Below the pieces are notes generated by a model. That model saw only the letters and a program-made list of their open reading frames with translations, had not been told where the DNA came from and did no database searches. Source: Thalia democratica (taxonomy: Eukaryota). Taken from it: a stretch of DNA of 64,000 nt. The translations under genes were made by a program, and so were the position numbers. Location: contig OZ241826.1 in the NCBI GenBank assembly GCA_965202585.1, forward strand, positions 69,626,001 through 69,690,000, read 5' to 3'. Below are positions 11,715-25,759 of the stretch, in pieces. Position 1 is the stretch's first letter. The number at the start of each line of letters is the position of its first letter.

Positions 11715-13830
11715 GAAACCGCTCAGTTCCAACCCGCGCACAATTACGACCCGATCTATCCCCATCTGAATCAATTCCCACCCGAATTATCCCCACCAAA
11801 ATCAGTTCCCACCAAATCAATTTTGCACGTCACTTTTACACAGCATCACTTTTGCACGGAAAGTCAGTTTTGCATAGACATCACTTTTTTTATGACTGCA
11901 CTTTTGCACAAAGTTTTCTGTTTGCATAGCATCAGTTTTCTACAGGTGCCATATTTTACTCCAGTCGTCACTTTTGCACGGCTGAAGTAAAAAAATGTTT
12001 GATAAAACTAAACTGACGAAATTTATGTAAATACATTTATAAAACTTTTTTTAATAAAACTAAAATTTTATTAAAATTAAACCTTGCTTGTTTAAAATAA
12101 ATTACTTATCAATGTTAAACTAAACTTGAATATAGATTAAAATTAGTTTGACATAAAATTTCAATAAAACTAAAAGCTTATTGAAAACTATTTTAAGTAG
12201 AGTAAAAAATACGTATTCAAACTTATTATTACAAAAACACAGACGATTCATGGAACAAGTTGTTTAATTTAGGTTTTATTTTTATAAACTAACTTTTTTC
12301 TTTTTAGTTCATATTCATTGTTTTTATACTACCAGTTCTGAATATCTACACTAAATTATACGCTGTTACAGAAACATATTTTTTTAAAGATAGTCTGATA
12401 ATGTTATAACTTTTCAAGACAAGTTAAGTGCCGACATTAAAAGCCATACAGTTTTTTTTATTCACTTGGAATATATCCTACAAAATTTATATTACATTTT
12501 AAACTTAGCATGAGTTTAATTTTATAAGATAATTCCTGCTAAAATACATAAAAAAAAATATATTAAAAAGTGTAAATAATTTTAGCCTAAATTTGAAATG
12601 CTTTAATTTTACTTAATATGAATTATTTAAAAGTTATATCAACTTTTATGTCGAAAAAATTGAAAGGTACACCCGAACAAGAATCAGTTCATAAATTCTA
12701 CAACAAATAACTTCTACATTGTACGGTAGATTAAGTTTGTACGTCATAAAAGTATTATAATAAAAATGTATAACAGTATTTCCACACGAATCTTGGTTAA
12801 AATTTTGTAAGAAAATAGTAATTTATTGAATTTATGGCTTAAAAATGCACTTACACACGACACTAGGCAAAAAGTTATAAACTAAAAAACTTTAAAATAT
12901 TTTTTAGACTAAACTTTACTTTTATGTTAAAATACTAACATGTACTAATAGTCTTTAATTAAGTCTAAAAAAGTTGTAAAGTTCATTAACATACAAGATT
13001 AATTTTTTTAAAGCTTTAATGATAAGTTTAAAAATCTAAAATAAAGAGTAATGTCCAAGGACCAGGACAACATGTTAAAAGCTATCCAAGTGGTTTGCAT
13101 TTAATTAAAAACTTTTTAAAGACTTTTGATATTTGTAAAATTAAACTTAAAAGAATTTAATTTTGCAAAATTGTCAAAAATCCTGTTTCGTGCGTGTTTT
13201 TGTGCGTCTATGTATTTTATTTTGAATTATGATTTTAAACAAAGTCAATCTTATCTTTAAATTGAATTGTAATAAAACTAAAAAAAAACTAAACAAAAAT
13301 AAGATTCTATGATTTTTTTCAATTCTATATTACCGTTACTTTATAATAAAACTTAATTAGCAAAAAAAAAAAATCTTAGTTTTAGGTTAAGTTTGTTTTG
13401 GTTTTGATATATTTTATACTAGATAAATTGAAACATTTTATAATAAAAATTGGAATACAGTTTTAGATTTATTTAATTTTTTATGGTTTATGAAATTTAA
13501 ATTTAACCTAGTTTAGTATATTAAAATATAGTTTTTTATTAATATAGTTTTAAACTATGCAAAAATGTCGTCTGTGCAAAAATGACGTCATGCAAAAGTT
13601 GATACTCGTCCAAAAGTAACGCTTTATGCAAATATAAACCCGTACGAAAATGATGCCGTGCAAAAAAACGGTCCTTGCAAAAATTACGAATAACTTTGGT
13701 GGGAATTAATCGGGGAAAATTGGTTTGGATGAGAAGAGAACTGATCGGATGGGAATTGATTGGAGTTGAATTTGATTAAGTTGGATTTAATCGGATGGGA
13801 ATTAATCGTTTGGGAATTGTTAGTATTACG
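11715..13830. mobile_element. Foldback-like element with inverted arrays of short tandem subrepeats
   Basis: The left end has ~15-bp units (AATCAATTCCCACCCG-like, ~11740-11818) followed by ~17-19-bp units (TCACTTTTGCACG-like, ~11818-11985). The same two arrays occur inverted at ~13555-13685 and ~13690-13820. Boundaries are approximate. Confidence 0.7.
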
Positions 13831-14420
13831 GAAATTAGATTGATATTTGTTATTTGACTGTTTGATATTTGTAGATAGTTCTTCATTTAAATTCAAATGT
13901 TGACATTTAGGTGCTTCACCTTGAGCAAAGTTTTATTCTAAACAGATATTTCAGTAAACTTACAAAGATTACAAAAAATATGATTTGAAGATTTTTCATA
14001 TTATAAATAATTTAATTCTCAATATCAGTAAATTTTTCACTATTGTTTAGAAAATTACTACGAGCAATATGCAGTTTAATTTTTTGAGTCATGAGTTATA
14101 GTATTTGTATCATCTATTACAAATAATTTATGCTCTACTAGTACTGTATATGCTCCCCAGAAAATGTTTATGGTTGCAAGGGGTAGAGTTTGAGACTGAT
14201 GTTTTTTTACCATAAAAAGTAAAAATAAAAATATATAACAAATACTAAAAGTTTCACTAATGTCACTGAATTTCATCAAAATAAAAAGTCTATATTAAGA
14301 ATATCTATAAAGAGTGAAAGTGACTTTTGAAGGCATCTTTGCTCTATAATTTGTGTTTATGTGAAAGAAAAATTTTCACCTTTTATTTTTCTTTCACGTA
14401 AACACACACATACTCACTTT

Positions 14421-15061
14421 AATGAGTAGGAAGTTTTTATGAAATTCGAAATTTGATTTATAAAATTCTAGTGAAAAATTAACACTAGTATTCTAATATT
14501 TTAACATACTAAACTTTAACTTGGAACGTTGAAACTTTTTAATTGTGTACTACTAGGTCTAGTCTCAAATGGGTGTCAGTTTAATTGGTAATTTTACCAA
14601 TGGGTTAGTGTCCAATACAAAGCATAACTACATTACAATTTAATGTTTAACCAAAAATTAGCACTAGTCTTCTCATATTTTAACATACTAAAATTTAGCT
14701 TAAAAAAATATTAGGTCAAATTAGATTATTCGTTAATCTAAGCAGTAATTTTTAACTTATGAGCAAACAAATTTGGTCAATTGTAAAGAAAATAGTTAAG
14801 TGTTATGTTATGTAATACTTAGAATACTTAAAAATGCGTTAAAACTTTAACCTATTTTTGAAACTTAACCATTTATACAAAAATGATAAAATAACAAATC
14901 ATTGACACCCATTTCAGATAAGACCTAGTAGTACACAAATAAAAAGTTTCAATATTCTAAGTTAAAGTTAATTATTTAAAATATGAGAAGATTAGTGCTA
15001 ATTTATTCACGAGAATTTCTATAAATCAAATTTAAAATTTCATAAAACCTTCCTACTCATT
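14421..15061. mobile_element. Unclassified MITE with ~165-bp imperfect inverted arms
   Basis: AATGAGTAGGAAG...CTACTAGGTCT...AAATGGGTGTCA (14421-14580) is mirrored by TGACACCCATTT...AGACCTAGTAG...CTTCCTACTCATT (14900-15061). Confidence 0.7.
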
Positions 15062-16870
15062 TCATTTTAAATTTATTAATATATTTGTAGGTATATCCTA
15101 AGTTATTACATATTTTTAATTTTTTATAAATTTAATTTTTATACATGTCACCTTTCATTCTCCAATCTGGTTTTTGTCTCTTACTCAACTATATATTTTT
15201 CATATTCCTTTAAGTGTTAAGTTTCAAGTTTAATTGGAAACCAATATTCAAATCACATATAAACCATGCTGTTTTACCTACTACGCCCAATAGATCGGTG
15301 AGAGGTTTTTTTACTGTAGGTTTATGCTCAGTACATAACCACCTTCTTTTTTTGGATTTTTATATTTATATTAAGAAACATAAGTCTGTAATTTGTTATG
15401 TATTCAAAATAGCTATATAAGACATATTCAATTATAAAACTAGTCAGTTTTCTAAAACAATAATTAATCATCTTACTTAATGTGTAATGTATTTACAGTT
15501 TAAGTAGTGGTTTTTTAGGTACCTGTTGTAACTTAATTATTGGTTAGGGTTTTGATGCTTAAAAACTATTTTAGTTTTGTGCTTTGGTGTCTTATGGATC
15601 TGCATTTAAGTGTTTTAAATCTTAATTTGTATTTTTCTTTACTTGTATTTTAGTAATCTTAAACTACAATTAAATAATTAGTATATAGCATTTTGTAGCA
15701 CTTTAATTTAAATTTATTAGTTAGTTTGTTAATTCTTTACTTAATGTTTGTTATTTTACTTCTTTTTATTTATAATAGATAGATCTGATAATATAACTTC
15801 TTAACTCATTATGTATTTAAAATAGTTGTGAAAGCTCTGTTTAATTAAAATTTCGGGCTGTGTTTTTTCTGGACATAAAAAATAAATTATCTAACTTACA
15901 ATGCAATGTAAAAGTGTTTCAATTTGTTAGAACATAATATTGTGTTGTAATTATTAGTTAAATTTTTGGAATCTTAACTAACATTTAGTATTCTGCATTA
16001 GTATCTCTTGAACTTTCATATAAGTAGTTTATACTTTGATTTGTTATTTTAATTTGTTATTTTAATTTGTATTTTACTTTACTTTAGAATAATTTATATT
16101 TCTTTGTTACAAATACTATATAGTTTTATAACAGTCGGGTTTAACATGAAGTATCGTATCTATTATTATTCTATAGTAATTATGCTTATTTTTAGTAAAC
16201 ACTTATACACTCCTACTTCTAGCTTCTATTCTTTCCTTATAGTATTTATCTTTTTACATAGCTCTGTTGAAGTGTGTTAACTTGTTAACACCCAGAAATA
16301 TATGTTAATATAATAAAGAAGGTATACTGTGATTTTTTTTTTATGACATATTTTTTCTAGGTTTTGAATGAGATTATATTAAATTAGTTTAAATATTTTG
16401 TTATTATTTAACTAATTTTGTTGAAGAACTGTATTTTATTAATTTTAAAATGTTAAAAAATACCTTTTTTTAATTATAAATATACCTTTTTTTTAATTAT
16501 AAAAAAACTTATGACAGTTTTTTGAATCAAAGAGTGGTAGTTCTGATATTAGCATTAGTAGGGTTTCACTTATAACTTAATTTAAATTTTTGCACTTTTT
16601 TTTACTTGATAAGTATTATTGTTTCTGTGTTTTAAATTTAATTCAAATGACTCCAAAATGTAAAAATTCAAATCAAAAATAAAAACTGATTTAATAATAA
16701 TATATAAAAGTAAAAATCCAAGTTTAGTAGAAATAGAACTATTTTAAGATAAATTTCATTGTTATGGTTTAAATGTAAATTAATTCAGAAAAGTACAACT
16801 TAGCCCTTCCTATGTTAAGATAATAAAAAATACAGAAACAATAATACTTGCAGGTTTGCCACACACTTAG

Positions 16871-17267
16871 CAGGGTTACCAAAAAACCTGGAATCCTGAA
16901 AAAACTTGGAATTTGACAATTTTGGCTATAAAAACCTGTTATTTAAGAAATCTTTAAAAAAGCCAAGAATTTTTGAATAAAAATCACTAAAAAACCTTGA
17001 AAATCCTGGAATTTTAAACAATTTTTACATGTAAAGTAATGAAATTTCAATTTGACAATCTATCATAAAGATAATTATTTTGTTATCACTATTTTTTAAA
17101 ACACAATAAAATAGCTTTACAGGAAATTTTCAATGTTGTTATACTATGTAAGACAGTAATTTTCACCTAAACTTATTTTTATACTAAAAATAGACTAAAA
17201 AACTTGTTCTTTTAAAAACCTGGAAGAAATTCAAAAAACCTAAAAAAACAACCTAAAGGCAACCCTT
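16871..17267. mobile_element. CAGGGTTGCCA-family MITE
   Basis: Ends CAGGGTTACCA ... GGCAACCCTT with flanks ACTTAG/ACTAAG. The internal sequence is the reverse complement of the 36106 copy type. Confidence 0.75.
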
Positions 17268-17790
17268 ACTAAGGATTTCTCAGTACAGTTTGAAATTTTT
17301 TAAATCTTAAGATGACTCAAGATAACTCAAACTAGTTTGATTTTTTTTTTAAACTCAAGATGATTCAGGCCAATTCAGTCTTTAAAAAATCAGGACAGTT
17401 TTTTACTTAATTAGGTCTTATTCTAAAAATTAAGTTTTACTGGTCAGCTACAATGTTTTCTCAATTTATATATTTTTTAAGTTTCAACTGCTGCGTATAT
17501 TTTTTGTTAGTTTTTATAGTTGTCTAAAAATATACTTAAAAAAATAATAAAAATAAGTTAAATATTTAATTTGAATTTTTTTTATTGTTCATAAAAGTAG
17601 TTTTACAAAAATCTAACTGTAAGCTAATTTATACAGACTTCTTTTAAAGTTTGTTTAAAAAGTTAGAAATAACATTACAAACATATTATTCTTTTATCCT
17701 GCTTAATAATTACCCTTATTTTATTAGACATTAAAAAGCCTATATAATATCTAAGAAATATTTTTACAGTTAACAAAACTTTATTTAAGT

Positions 17791-18519
17791 ATGTCAATGA
17801 TTGCAAGAAGTAGCCTTTCAAATAGGTTACCAACGTTATTTAATGCTACAAATACTGTAGTTCAAAAGAGATTTAGATATGACCGAAGAACAAGGCCACA
17901 GAACAAAGGTAGAGCTCTACTTATGCAAGTTGCAATGCCTAGAATTTCAAAAAGCAAGTTAGAAGTTGTTCACACTAATAAACAAGATGATAATCTATAT
18001 GGAATAGATGTAATATTAGCTAAAGAAGTAGAAGAAATTATGAAATCAAACAAGATGGTGATAGCATGCTTGTACACAAATCCAGCACTTGAAGATCAGT
18101 ATTTTCACACACGTTACGAGTTACAGCAAAACAAAATGAACATGACTAGGATGCCTTCTCATGTGTTGAGCAAAGTACTGATGGGAACAAAATATGAAAA
18201 TTTCCTTACATTGTGCCAATCCAAAACTGCACTTGTGTTTAGTGACGAACCAGATCTAAAATTAATGTTTGAAGCTTTGAAGAAAAATAAATATATTTGC
18301 CCATTAGGCGGGCTTTACTATGATAAGTTCTATTCACTAGATGATTTGAAAAGATACTCTCAGCTGCCTGATATCAAACAGCTTCAAGGTGAACTGGTTG
18401 GTATTATGTCATCTCAGCTATCATCAACTTACAGCTTGCTACAACAGCCAATTAATTCCCTTGCTTATACTCTGAAACAAAGACAAGAAGATTTAGAAAA
18501 TGAAAAAACTGAAGCTTGA
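17791..18519 (+). CDS. MRPL10: Mitochondrial ribosomal protein L10 (uL10m), single coding exon, 242 aa
   Basis: Intact ORF with a basic, presequence-like N-terminus and an L10-like core (LQQNKMNMTRMPSHVLSKVLMGTKYENFLTLCQSKTALVFS...ICPLGGLYYDKFYSLDDLKRYSQLPDIKQLQGELVGIM). Confidence 0.85.
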   Translation: MSMIARSSLSNRLPTLFNATNTVVQKRFRYDRRTRPQNKGRALLMQVAMPRISKSKLEVVHTNKQDDNLYGIDVILAKEVEEIMKSNKMVIACLYTNPALEDQYFHTRYELQQNKMNMTRMPSHVLSKVLMGTKYENFLTLCQSKTALVFSDEPDLKLMFEALKKNKYICPLGGLYYDKFYSLDDLKRYSQLPDIKQLQGELVGIMSSQLSSTYSLLQQPINSLAYTLKQRQEDLENEKTEA

Positions 18520-18782
18520 ATAAAACTAGTTGAAACTGTTTGTCTAGGAAAAATTATTTTAATGACTGTTTCAGATATTTCGGACTTTTACAACTTTTTT
18601 TTAAAAAAGGAAAACAAAAAACTTTCTTGCTTAATGAAAACTAAAGTTTATACCATTCCGAACTAATTATACATAAAAACTTTAAAAAATTCTTTAGCTA
18701 TATAATGTATGGCATTTTTTTATAATAGTATTTTGTATAAAATTATAATTCTACTATTTAATGTTTCTATAGATATCTAAGT

Positions 18783-21719
18783 ATGTCATTTGTAGATAAA
18801 ATTTTAGAGCTTTTAGTCACACCTCAAAAACCTGATGACTTGAATAAACACGCTTCTTCTATTGAAGAACTAATGAAGTTTAAACTAAACCAGGAACGTA
18901 TTGAAACTAGGTATCTAAATTGACTTAAAAATCATGAAATGCTAATTTAAAAACAAACTTTTAACTTTTTTAAGCTACATGTTTTGTTTACTATGTTTTT
19001 TTTTTTAATTTAAACATGCTACAAATATGTTTTGAGTATTTTCTAATCAATATAAAAAATACTTTGTTTAAGAATTTGGCTATAGTTTAAGAAATATATC
19101 TAATTAGTTTGTCACAAATCTTATAATGGTAAAAGCTTAATAGTTTTCATCTTAATTTTTTTTTACTAAAACATATTTTATAAAAGTTATTTTTTTAGGG
19201 CAATCTATGATTCTTCTATGAACTCTTTTATGGCATCATTAACTTTTGGAAGTTCTCTTATTACCAACTTATACTACAGAAGAATTTTTATGATATATGA
19301 AGGAACTTTTATTACATATTTAATGAACTCATGTGTTTTATTTGCTATTAACTACCTCTATCAGCATCAACATCTCCAACCTAAAATTTTAAAAGGTCAG
19401 ATTTTATTCATTTTAGATTTAATTTGGTTTTTTGAAACTATTAGTTTTATAGTTGTACAAATAAACTTTTTTCATATTTATTATAAATGACAATTTTTGT
19501 GACATTAACTAGACTTTAATGAAACAACTGATTTGAATTATTTTATATTTAAACAACCTATTTTTAAACTTTTTTGATTTACTTTGTGTTATTGTCAATT
19601 AAGTTAGGAAAACTTAAGCAAAAAATAATGTTATTATATTAAGTCATTCTAACTTTTTCTTAATTAAAATAAAATAATTGTCTATAATTATTTTTTTAAT
19701 GAAAGTAATGTTTTATTAGATATACTTACACTAGTATTTAGTTTCAATATCAATTTATATAAAATCTGAAACAGATTATTTACATTTTTTTTTATAAATT
19801 TGACTTATTTTTTATAAAAAGTTTTTATTTGAACAATAAAGGTTTTTTCTTTAAAAATCTTATAAAAAAATGTTGTGTCCAATATCTTTCTTAAAATCTT
19901 TTTTTTAAATAAATTGGGTGTTTTAAATATTTGAAATTTTATAGTCAGCATTTATTTTACCATAAATTAGTTTTTATTAAGCATAAGGGAATTTAACAAG
20001 TTGTTTTAACTAACAAGTGGTCTTAACTAGCAAATATTGTTAAGATTTCCCTATAAAATTCTAAAAAATAATTTGTTACTTTGAGCCATGTACCACACTG
20101 TAAAGATAACTAATATTACATTAATGATTTTTTTAACATAAAAATTGCATTACAGTATTTGTAGCAGTGTTTTGGTGGCATCTAATTACAAAAAAAAACA
20201 ATACTAATGTACAACATAGTTAAACTTTATTGCATAAGTGACTTAAATCATAGTGTTTTTGATTTAATTCAGGTGAAATCGACTGTAAAGTTTGCTGCGG
20301 GATCCGAGGGTCTCTCACTCAAGTAACTTTCGGCTACGTACTCCCTCAAATGGTGTGCTTTGCTAGTTCGATGGCCATTGCACAAAAGTGTGTTTTACTT
20401 TAAAATTTTATTTATCAGGTCTTGTTGACTTTTGTGATATATATTTTTTTAAGTTTTTACATCTTTGATTTATATTTTTGACAAAAGCTTTTTATAATTT
20501 ATCTCAAATGATTTATTAAACTAAATAAAATTTATCAATAATGGTTAGCACATGTTTCATATTTAATTTTTCCCCTTAAGTGATTAATATTCCTTTTATT
20601 ATGTTGAAGTATTTGATAGTCAGCAATATTTTCAAAAGTGTATAAGTTTTTTTTTTAAATTTTTTTTAGGTTTAAAGAACATGAAATAATTGACATAATA
20701 CAGTTTAATAACAATCTAAAACATCTTTTTAATTTTATTTTTATGTACTATTGAAAAAGTACAAGACGTGGTATGATTTTAATTCTAAAAATAGTTGTAA
20801 CATGTACGTTTAATTCCATAAACATCTTTTAAATAGTTACTGTCAAAGAAAGTAGAAAACAAGTTATTTGAAATTGTTTTAAAGGTGGCTTTAAAATTAT
20901 TCATGATATTGATACCTTTTTAAGTTTTTTACAAACAAGTTTGTAAAGTATGATATATTTAAATAAACCATAAGGAAACTGTTATATCAATTAGTTAGAT
21001 AAAAGTTCACTTTTAATTCAAATATAATGAAAACTTTTAAGAAATTTAAAAACATTTTATAGAATCGTTCAAATAAGATAGTTTTTAAGAGTTGTCCTTC
21101 TACAATTTGTAACATTTGAAAACTTATGCTAATCATACCACCTAAATATTTAAACATCATGATTTTTAAAACAAGTTACTTAATTAAATAACAAGTTAGT
21201 TAATTTAATACTCACAACTTATGAATCTAAAATTATTTGTTTTAAGCAGAGTATTGGGAGCTGCGTTAATCGTAATAAATAAAAAAGATACAAAAAAAAA
21301 TGTTTTAACAAAAGTGTTTAAAGAAATAAACATAGTTATTAAAAAAGTAATAATCGAAGCTTCATTTAAACGTCTTGTTTATTGATTTGAACTTAACTTA
21401 CAACAATTTTCAAAAGTTCTATAAAAAACCTGTTTGTTGTTTCCAAACTACTTAACAACTGATATATAAATTTTAATGTAACAGATACCAGGTTGAGATG
21501 CCGAAAGTGAAAAACAACTGGAGTTCGTTTTACAGCCGCAAAGTTGCTTCGGTCCTCAGGAAAACCAGGCCCCTGCTGGCGGTACAAGCCGTTGTTGGGG
21601 CGGTGGTTGCTTGGAAACAGCACGATGTTGCAGAAATGGTCGCCAGAAAGGTGACGAGGGAAGAATATCAGCAGACTATTAACCAATCGCTGAAAGAATT
21701 AAGATCTAACCATTATTGA
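18783..21719 (+). CDS. TMEM126: TMEM126-family mitochondrial inner-membrane protein, 224 aa: join(18783..18910, 19199..19395, 20273..20387, 21485..21719)
   Basis: Phases 2,1,2 are consistent. The product has SLITNLYYRRIF, GEIDCKVCCGIRGSLTQVTFGYVLP (cf. the TMEM126A GDLDCETCTITR motif) and a C-terminal hydrophobic helix LLAVQAVVGAVVAWKQ. Confidence 0.85.
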
Positions 21720-24700
21720 TCTTAAAAAAGTTTAAAAATAGCTTCTCATATAGTGTAATTTACGTGTAAAGACATTTTAGGTAAATCTTGCATGTTTTTT
21801 CTGCTCTTTGCGTTTGATTGTCTTTTCAAACTTGTTTAAGAAGTTTCTTAAAAAGTTAAAATTATGTACTTGTTTGTTTTGAGATTTCTATAATTTTAAT
21901 ATCTTTGAGTTTGAGTTTTTAAATTTTTTTTTGTTAAAAACAAACAGACATTTGAAACTGTAATTTATATACTGTTTATAAATTATTAGTTTATAAATAG
22001 TTGGTAGAAAATATTTACTTAGGATATTTATATATTTTAATTAAACATCATACTTTTTTATATATAAAAAAAAAATCACATCAAAACAGTTACAAAACAA
22101 TGATAAATTAAAACACTAGATATTTTATTTCGTACTTTTAGAAAATTGATTTAGTTTGATTATCCTTGCGTAATATTTATTAGTTTTGTAATTCAAAGAA
22201 TAAACTATAGAAAATATTTTGTGTACAGTATAGAACATCTAAGTAACGTATAATTTAAGTTGATTTATAGAAATTAAAAGGCAATGAACAGTTGACAACT
22301 TAAAAATAGTCTTAAATACTGAACTATATAGCATTTTACAGGGTCTCACCACCATAAGTAACTTTGGAAAACTCTGGAAAAACATTTTTTTACAAAAAAC
22401 AATAATGTTGATGAAATTGGACGAATTATAAAAGACATAGAGTTTTTTTGCGTAACAGTTGTTCTATTACATTATTGAAAATTGTATATAACAAAGTTTA
22501 GAGTTTGTGGTAAAAATTATAAAGCTTAAACATTTACACACGTCTTAATTTTTTTCTTTTTAATTCAAAAGTCTTATTTTGTTTCAGTAACATGAAAAAA
22601 AAAACTTTTAAAATAGTTAACCACTTTTTATCTTAAATCTATAGCATGCTAATTGTTTTTTTAGTACTTTAAACTTCAACTGTATTTAGCAATGGGTTAA
22701 AAATGAAATATGTTTTAGTTAACCTGATAATCAAAAAATTAACAATACTTTTCAGTGATTCAAAATGTAGTTTCAAAGCTTACTATTTTATTAGTTCATC
22801 AAACCTACAATTGATTAGATTTATTGATCTATAATTTTAAGTTATAAATGAAAACTGAATTCTATAGTCACTAGTCTGAAAATAATTTTGAGTAGTGTTG
22901 TGTAAAAGGCAACAACTCAATAAGTAATTTATACTAGAAATTTCATTTAGGTATAATAGATAAGATTATCACGGTAAAAAACCTTGAAAATACAATAAAA
23001 CTAGAAAGTTAATTAAAAATTATTTTATTTTGAAAAGTTTTATAACTAGTTTTACCCATATCTCAAAAATTAATTAAAAAAAATGTCTTTTTAGGTCTGA
23101 TTAACAATATTATACTGGTATTATATTATTTTTATAACGTTTGTTAAAAAGAAATTCACAAAAATTTAAAATTATGAAACTCTAAATTGTCTGAACTTTA
23201 GCTGTCGTGTACTGCCTATAAGTTAGAAAATAACGTTTAAACTTACAGATATAGCACGAAGTGGATAAAATACAAACTATTAATAAATTTGTTTGTTTTG
23301 CGTACTTTTATTTTCAATAAAGTTTTAAAAAATATCAAACTTCTTTACTCCTTTAATAATTATTTTATTCATAGCAACCTTTTTACCTACTTTTTCTTCA
23401 AAAATTAGTTTCTTTATTCCAAAACAGTAAAATATCATTAAACATTATATTTCAGTATCAAAAAATAAATTAAACGAGAACCATAGATTTATCATACAAA
23501 TAAATGAAGATTCACAAAAATTAAGTTTTATAAGATGTCTAAACAAAAATATTTACCATTAAATTTGTATTTGTACAAAAAAAAATTCTGCACAATAATG
23601 AAAAATCACAAAGTTTGTTTAACTTTAAACATACTACAAGTATATTACTCAATATTGAAAAAAAGTAGTGTAATTCAATAGTAACAAAAAATTAAAATTA
23701 CTTCACTTTGAAGGCAGTTGAAAAGCACTAGTGTACTTATGGGTTAATAAGGGGATAGGTATAGAAAGGATATTATAAAACTTTATAAGCCATCGTCTTA
23801 GATATTAGTAAATAGCGAATGTGATTTATCTTTTATTTGTATGAACTAAAAATTACGATGATTTAATGAACACTACAGCAAATTATTCTCTATAATTATA
23901 TGTACATATGTATATATACAAATGATAGCAAAAAATTAAATACAAATTAGAATTAAACAACTTATATGTATCAACTTAAATCTTAAGACAGCGAACCGGC
24001 GCTACATTTTTACTTAAGAGTGTGCTCCATTATTGATAAAACACTGCTTCCTTAAGTATTTTAATTATGAAAACTTCAAAGTGCTATTCATTTGTTCTAC
24101 TATTTTTAACTTGTTTGTGTATCTTTTAAATCTATACAATTCAAGCGCTGTCGATGCACATAGTCAGTATAATATCTTTAAAATGTTAAAAATTTTATAA
24201 AAAGTTCTGGTCGATAGTGCTCGACAAATTGAATTGGAACTAAATATTTATAAATAATTTTATATTTATAAATTATTTAAATATCTTTAAATAATAACTT
24301 TTTATGTGAGAATAAGCAATAGTTAAATATTGCAAAAATTTTGAATTTTTGCATAATAAATTACATAATCAAACAATAGATAGCATAACTAATTTATAAA
24401 AGTATTTCAAAAGTATTTATAAAAAAACTGTTTTTATAATATTTTTATATATTTTATTTTCAGTTCTCACAACTTTTAAAATTAAACTGGTTTAAAAATA
24501 TCAAATATAAACTTGATAAGCATTAAACTGTGAAATATTTAACTTCTCGGTTTGTAATTGATAAAATCAATGAAACTATAGTAGACTTTTATTTTATTTA
24601 GAGCTTTAAAACTATTTTGATTTACGTTGAACATTTTACAAAAGCAGTTATAAAAAAATGTAACAAATCAACTCTAACAAATTTTTCTTTATCTACAGTC

Positions 24701-25759
24701 AAACGCTTGTTTTCTATGTTAAGTTTTCATTTATACCTACTTATGAATAAAACAAACAAATCTCATAAAGTAAAGCAGCTATTTTGTATTGAGGAAAAAA
24801 AAAAACAGTGAATTAAGTAAGTACAAGTTTTAGTTTTAAATAATGTTTAAAGTTGTAATAACTAAAACTATTAACATCAGAAGACGCATTAAAAAGTAGA
24901 AGGAAAAAGTTTATTAAAACGCTATTTGAAATTTCTATTTAAAACATGTTATAAGGAATTTGTTTGAAATTTTAAATTTCTTCAGATTTAGTATTCTTAA
25001 CAAAATAAGTAGGATTGTTCCTGATTGTTATATGTTTTTTACAGCTATTATCAATTATGTCTTGAAAAGGTTGAAATAAATAAAAAATAACAAAATACTT
25101 ATTAAACTTTATGTTAAATTGTTACTTTGGTTTTTTTTTTCACTAAACATTGTTATAGAACATTATTTTTTCAGTAAGGTATTTGTTCATTTAAATTTGC
25201 AAAAGGTTATTGTGAGTTCACTTTGGTTTCAGTGGTAGCATGGTTGGACTGTTGATGTTTTTTTTTGTTTCAGCGTCGGCAGATACTTGCTTGTGGATTT
25301 TAATTTCATAACTTTGCCACATTTTGTGTTTTTTATTGTTAAAACTTTATTTGTATTTGCCAAACGACGTGTCACCAAGAGATTTTTTTCACTTAAAAAA
25401 GTTATATTTTACTTTTTTACTTAATGAAAAAGGTAGAACTATGCATGCTTTGACTTACTTGGTTGATCTCAAAAAACGTTTATCGTTGTAGAGAGAAGAG
25501 AGAAACTAATGTTTTTTTTTATAGAAAATATTTTTATCATTGCAAGTTTTGTTACTAGATGTTTGATGAATAAATAATAATTAAATTTTTCATGAAAATC
25601 TTTTTTGGAACATTCAAAAGTTTATTTCTATGTAAATACAAACTATAAAAGTAACTTACTAGTTACAGATGTTTTATTTAAGTGTGTAATACCAAAAAAA
25701 AATCTTGCGCTCAAATTTTTGTTTTTTGATAATACACTATAATAATACATTAGTTACTG

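Noticed and set aside
11740-13896. Short regularly spaced repeats resembling a CRISPR array, and ORFs 11596..11820 and 13684..13896
   Set aside because: The units are directly tandem and degenerate, have no unique spacers, are mirrored as inverted arrays, and sit in a eukaryotic context. The ORFs are repeat translations.
25190-25520. GC-richer island with short ORFs and a - strand GTAAGT donor
   Set aside because: No consistent reading frame or recognisable product.
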